Assembly: GCF_006345805.1 (NCBI RefSeq)
Contig: NC_043000.1
Coordinates: 23,002,001-23,066,000 of the forward strand
Direction: 5' to 3'
Origin: Octopus sinensis
Lineage: Eukaryota
DNA: 64,000 nucleotides
The notes under the pieces were generated by a model. That model saw only the letters and a program-made list of their open reading frames with translations, had not been told where the DNA came from and did no database searches. Shown piece after piece: positions 61,477-64,000 of this stretch. Every line of letters starts with the position of its first letter. The first letter of the stretch is position 1. Both the position numbers and the translations under genes were made by a program.

Positions 61477-63873
61477 ATATTTATCATCCTCTTTGTCATC
61501 CAAGTTAATGAACTTTTTTAACCTCTACAATCCGTACGCCGCCTGCATTACACGATCCTATTTTTACATACAACCTACTTAATGTCATCGAAAAATCTCT
61601 TTCGCTTTATGAATATTGGAAGTTTACTTTTACTATTCATGTCTTATAAAATGGGATCTCTCATATGGTGAGTTGAGTTACTTTTGTATATTATTTGTTG
61701 TCATGTGAGTGTTATTTGAAGTATTTATACATGTAATGCAACAATGTCTGTGGTTTGTTTATCAACGCCGGTGACACGAGTCGCCTAGGAAGCCACTACG
61801 TGGTCACCCCACTTTCTAGAAATAGCTTTCAAATCTCCCTCAAATTGTATCCCCTACCGTCTTCAGTCAGGAAATGATACATTAGATGATGCAGTTGTAA
61901 AACACCCCTAAAAGGACGAGTAATTAATGACTGGAACGTCTTTGATTATAGGCCTGCTGTAATTGACAATCACTGTTCCCTAGGTGTTAAATAACAACTT
62001 TTTTCCTTTTTGCGATAAACTATTTTAGTCTCGAGTAGTTTACAATTTTCTAATTGTGTATTTATTCACAATTCATTTTATAACCAAGATCACAATCTCA
62101 ATTATGACCTCTATGGTGATTACAAGCTGTTAGAAACGGAACTCACCTTATTAGCAACAACCACAAACAACTCTTGAATAAACAACACCTTGATTTAAAG
62201 TTATCTTCTATTATCGTTCCATTCACATCTACGATGTTATAGGAGTATTCTAGTCTTTATTGTGCTCCTTTTTACTTGAAATTTTCTTCAAATATGCTTC
62301 AGATTATGTAGATTCTCAATTTATCGTAATTTATTGTCAAAAAAATGTTTCCGAGCGTGAGGTGAGGAGTTTCGGGAAATTCACACGAGACGGCTCTCTT
62401 TACACATAACTTTCAGGAAAATGGATAATTTTTTTACGAACTTTTGGTAAATTTCTACAAGTACCACCCTCACAGGCATCACTCAACAACTCGGAAATGA
62501 CTAAAAATCCGCTGTCTCAAACGGCACAGGCCAGAAGTGGTTCGCTGACAAATTCCAACTTTTAAAGATTTTGTTCCGTTCGGCTACGGGAGCAATGACC
62601 CTCCCATTTACCGAAACATCCAGAATGTGGTTGGGAGCAAAGGAGTTACAGACTAACGTCCCAGATGAAGCACATACCTCTTACCTAGACACAAAGGGCA
62701 AGACCATCTTGTTTCTTCCTATTACTTCCTGATTATCCCACTGACTCCAGAACTGGGGAGATATTTACCAGGGCCTGCTTAATGATCAGGCTTAGCTCGG
62801 TGTAAAGAGCGAAACCACCAGCATTTAGGCAGCAAGACAAAACACTTATAAATCAAAACGGCAGTTTCACGGAAGGGGCTGTGGTGACGGGTCACTATGT
62901 CCGCCTTGCTGTCTCTTCACATTTATTGCTTTCTGTCTTCTCTTTTACCCTTTCCCAACAATTTGTAGTTCATCAGAGTACTGTATATGTCATAAAAGTC
63001 TTACGAGTGGTTCTTTTTCATAATTGCCCACATGCCATTCTATATTTCTTCCTTAACCTACAAAGAATCAGACTTAAATATAGCAACGGTAAATTTAACT
63101 TCCTTATTATTATAACCATCCTGTAAAACAAAATTATTAAATAAAAAGCTGTTAATATTCCCTAGTTTAAAACAACTAAAATGACCATGGGCACTGTCTT
63201 TCCATGTCTACTTAATCAATGAAAATACAATTTTTTATTTTACAAAAACAATAGAATCACAGTAAATTCCGTAATAATCATTTTGATTTTACTTTTCTAA
63301 GACTCACCAGCATGGAAATATGTAGCAGTTTCGTTTGTAAGAAGTTAATCTTTGCACCTCCGGTGGGTGAGGTCACATACTAAATACAAATACGGGAAAG
63401 ATTGGCCGCGAGGACGAAGTATTCGTCATTGCGGATGTTCTGTCTCACAGAAATGTCATGATATATCTGACGGCGTATTGCTTGTTGTAATCACCCTAAT
63501 ATTAGGGTTTGGAGTGACCTCAAAACTTTTAGAAGAGAACCCCAGTATTTCCTGGTACATTGTATAACTGAGGGAGTTTGCGTGCCTTTTTCTTTTTCAT
63601 TATTTTATTCCCTACCACCACCAGTTTTTTTCAACAAAAAAGTTAATAACAAAAAATTTGGGAGGTGGATTAGGGAATTAAAAGTATCTTTTTTTGTTTT
63701 TTTGAAAAACAAACGAATCTGAAGAAATATGAAAAAGGGTGAGTATTTATTCTCTACATCTGCCAAATAATGTAAATATTCCTGCTTTCATTTTTTAATC
63801 ACAACCCGAAAAATAAGCTTAACTTGGAGTGACAGTGGGATATGAGACCCAGTGAAAAATAATCTTGTCTTAT

Positions 63874-63996
63874 GTTTCTTAGAGTGTACCTGCGTGGTTG
63901 TGTAGTTACAAAGCTCGCTTTTCAACCACATGGTTTCTTCGAGTGTATCTGCGTGGTTGTGTAGTTACAAAGCTCGCTTTTCAACCACATGGTTTC
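63874..63996 (+). repeat. 59-bp tandem duplication of a SINE-A-like head
   Basis: Two units with period 59 and only about 2 differences. GTTTCTT occurs at both unit starts. Confidence 0.85.
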
Positions 63997-64000
63997 GCAT

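Noticed and set aside
62480-63500. GC-richer unique region with an ATTGG motif as a promoter or ncRNA
   Set aside because: There is no ORF, splice pattern or recognisable RNA motif, which is insufficient for a call.

Overview
Eukaryotic, AT-rich, repeat-dense genomic DNA; the SINE/LINE repertoire looks like an octopus/cephalopod genome (recognition from memory, not a search). Two intron-containing genes are arranged head-to-head about 22 kb apart. (1) On the minus strand are the first four coding exons of a mitochondrial ACAD9-like acyl-CoA dehydrogenase (17498 to 2046; it continues off the left edge). (2) On the plus strand is a complete 7-coding-exon, 860-aa GH20 beta-N-acetylhexosaminidase of the four-domain bacterial chitobiase type (39729-55929), apparently without a signal peptide. 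Between them is a nested transposon stack: a 4.08-kb Gypsy-type LTR element with TSD, MITEs, a Mutator-type element, and RLE-type, Tx1-like, RTE and CR1 LINE fragments. Dozens of SINE copies occur throughout. The most unusual observations are: a tRNA-headed element carrying a degenerate minimal hammerhead ribozyme and Penelope-type inverted termini (46716-47385); an LTR element whose primer-binding site matches the 5' end, not the 3' end, of tRNA-Phe; and two 100-124 bp near-perfect local sequence copies that each lie 3.3-3.7 kb from their twin. SINE and LINE boundaries are approximate, read by eye.
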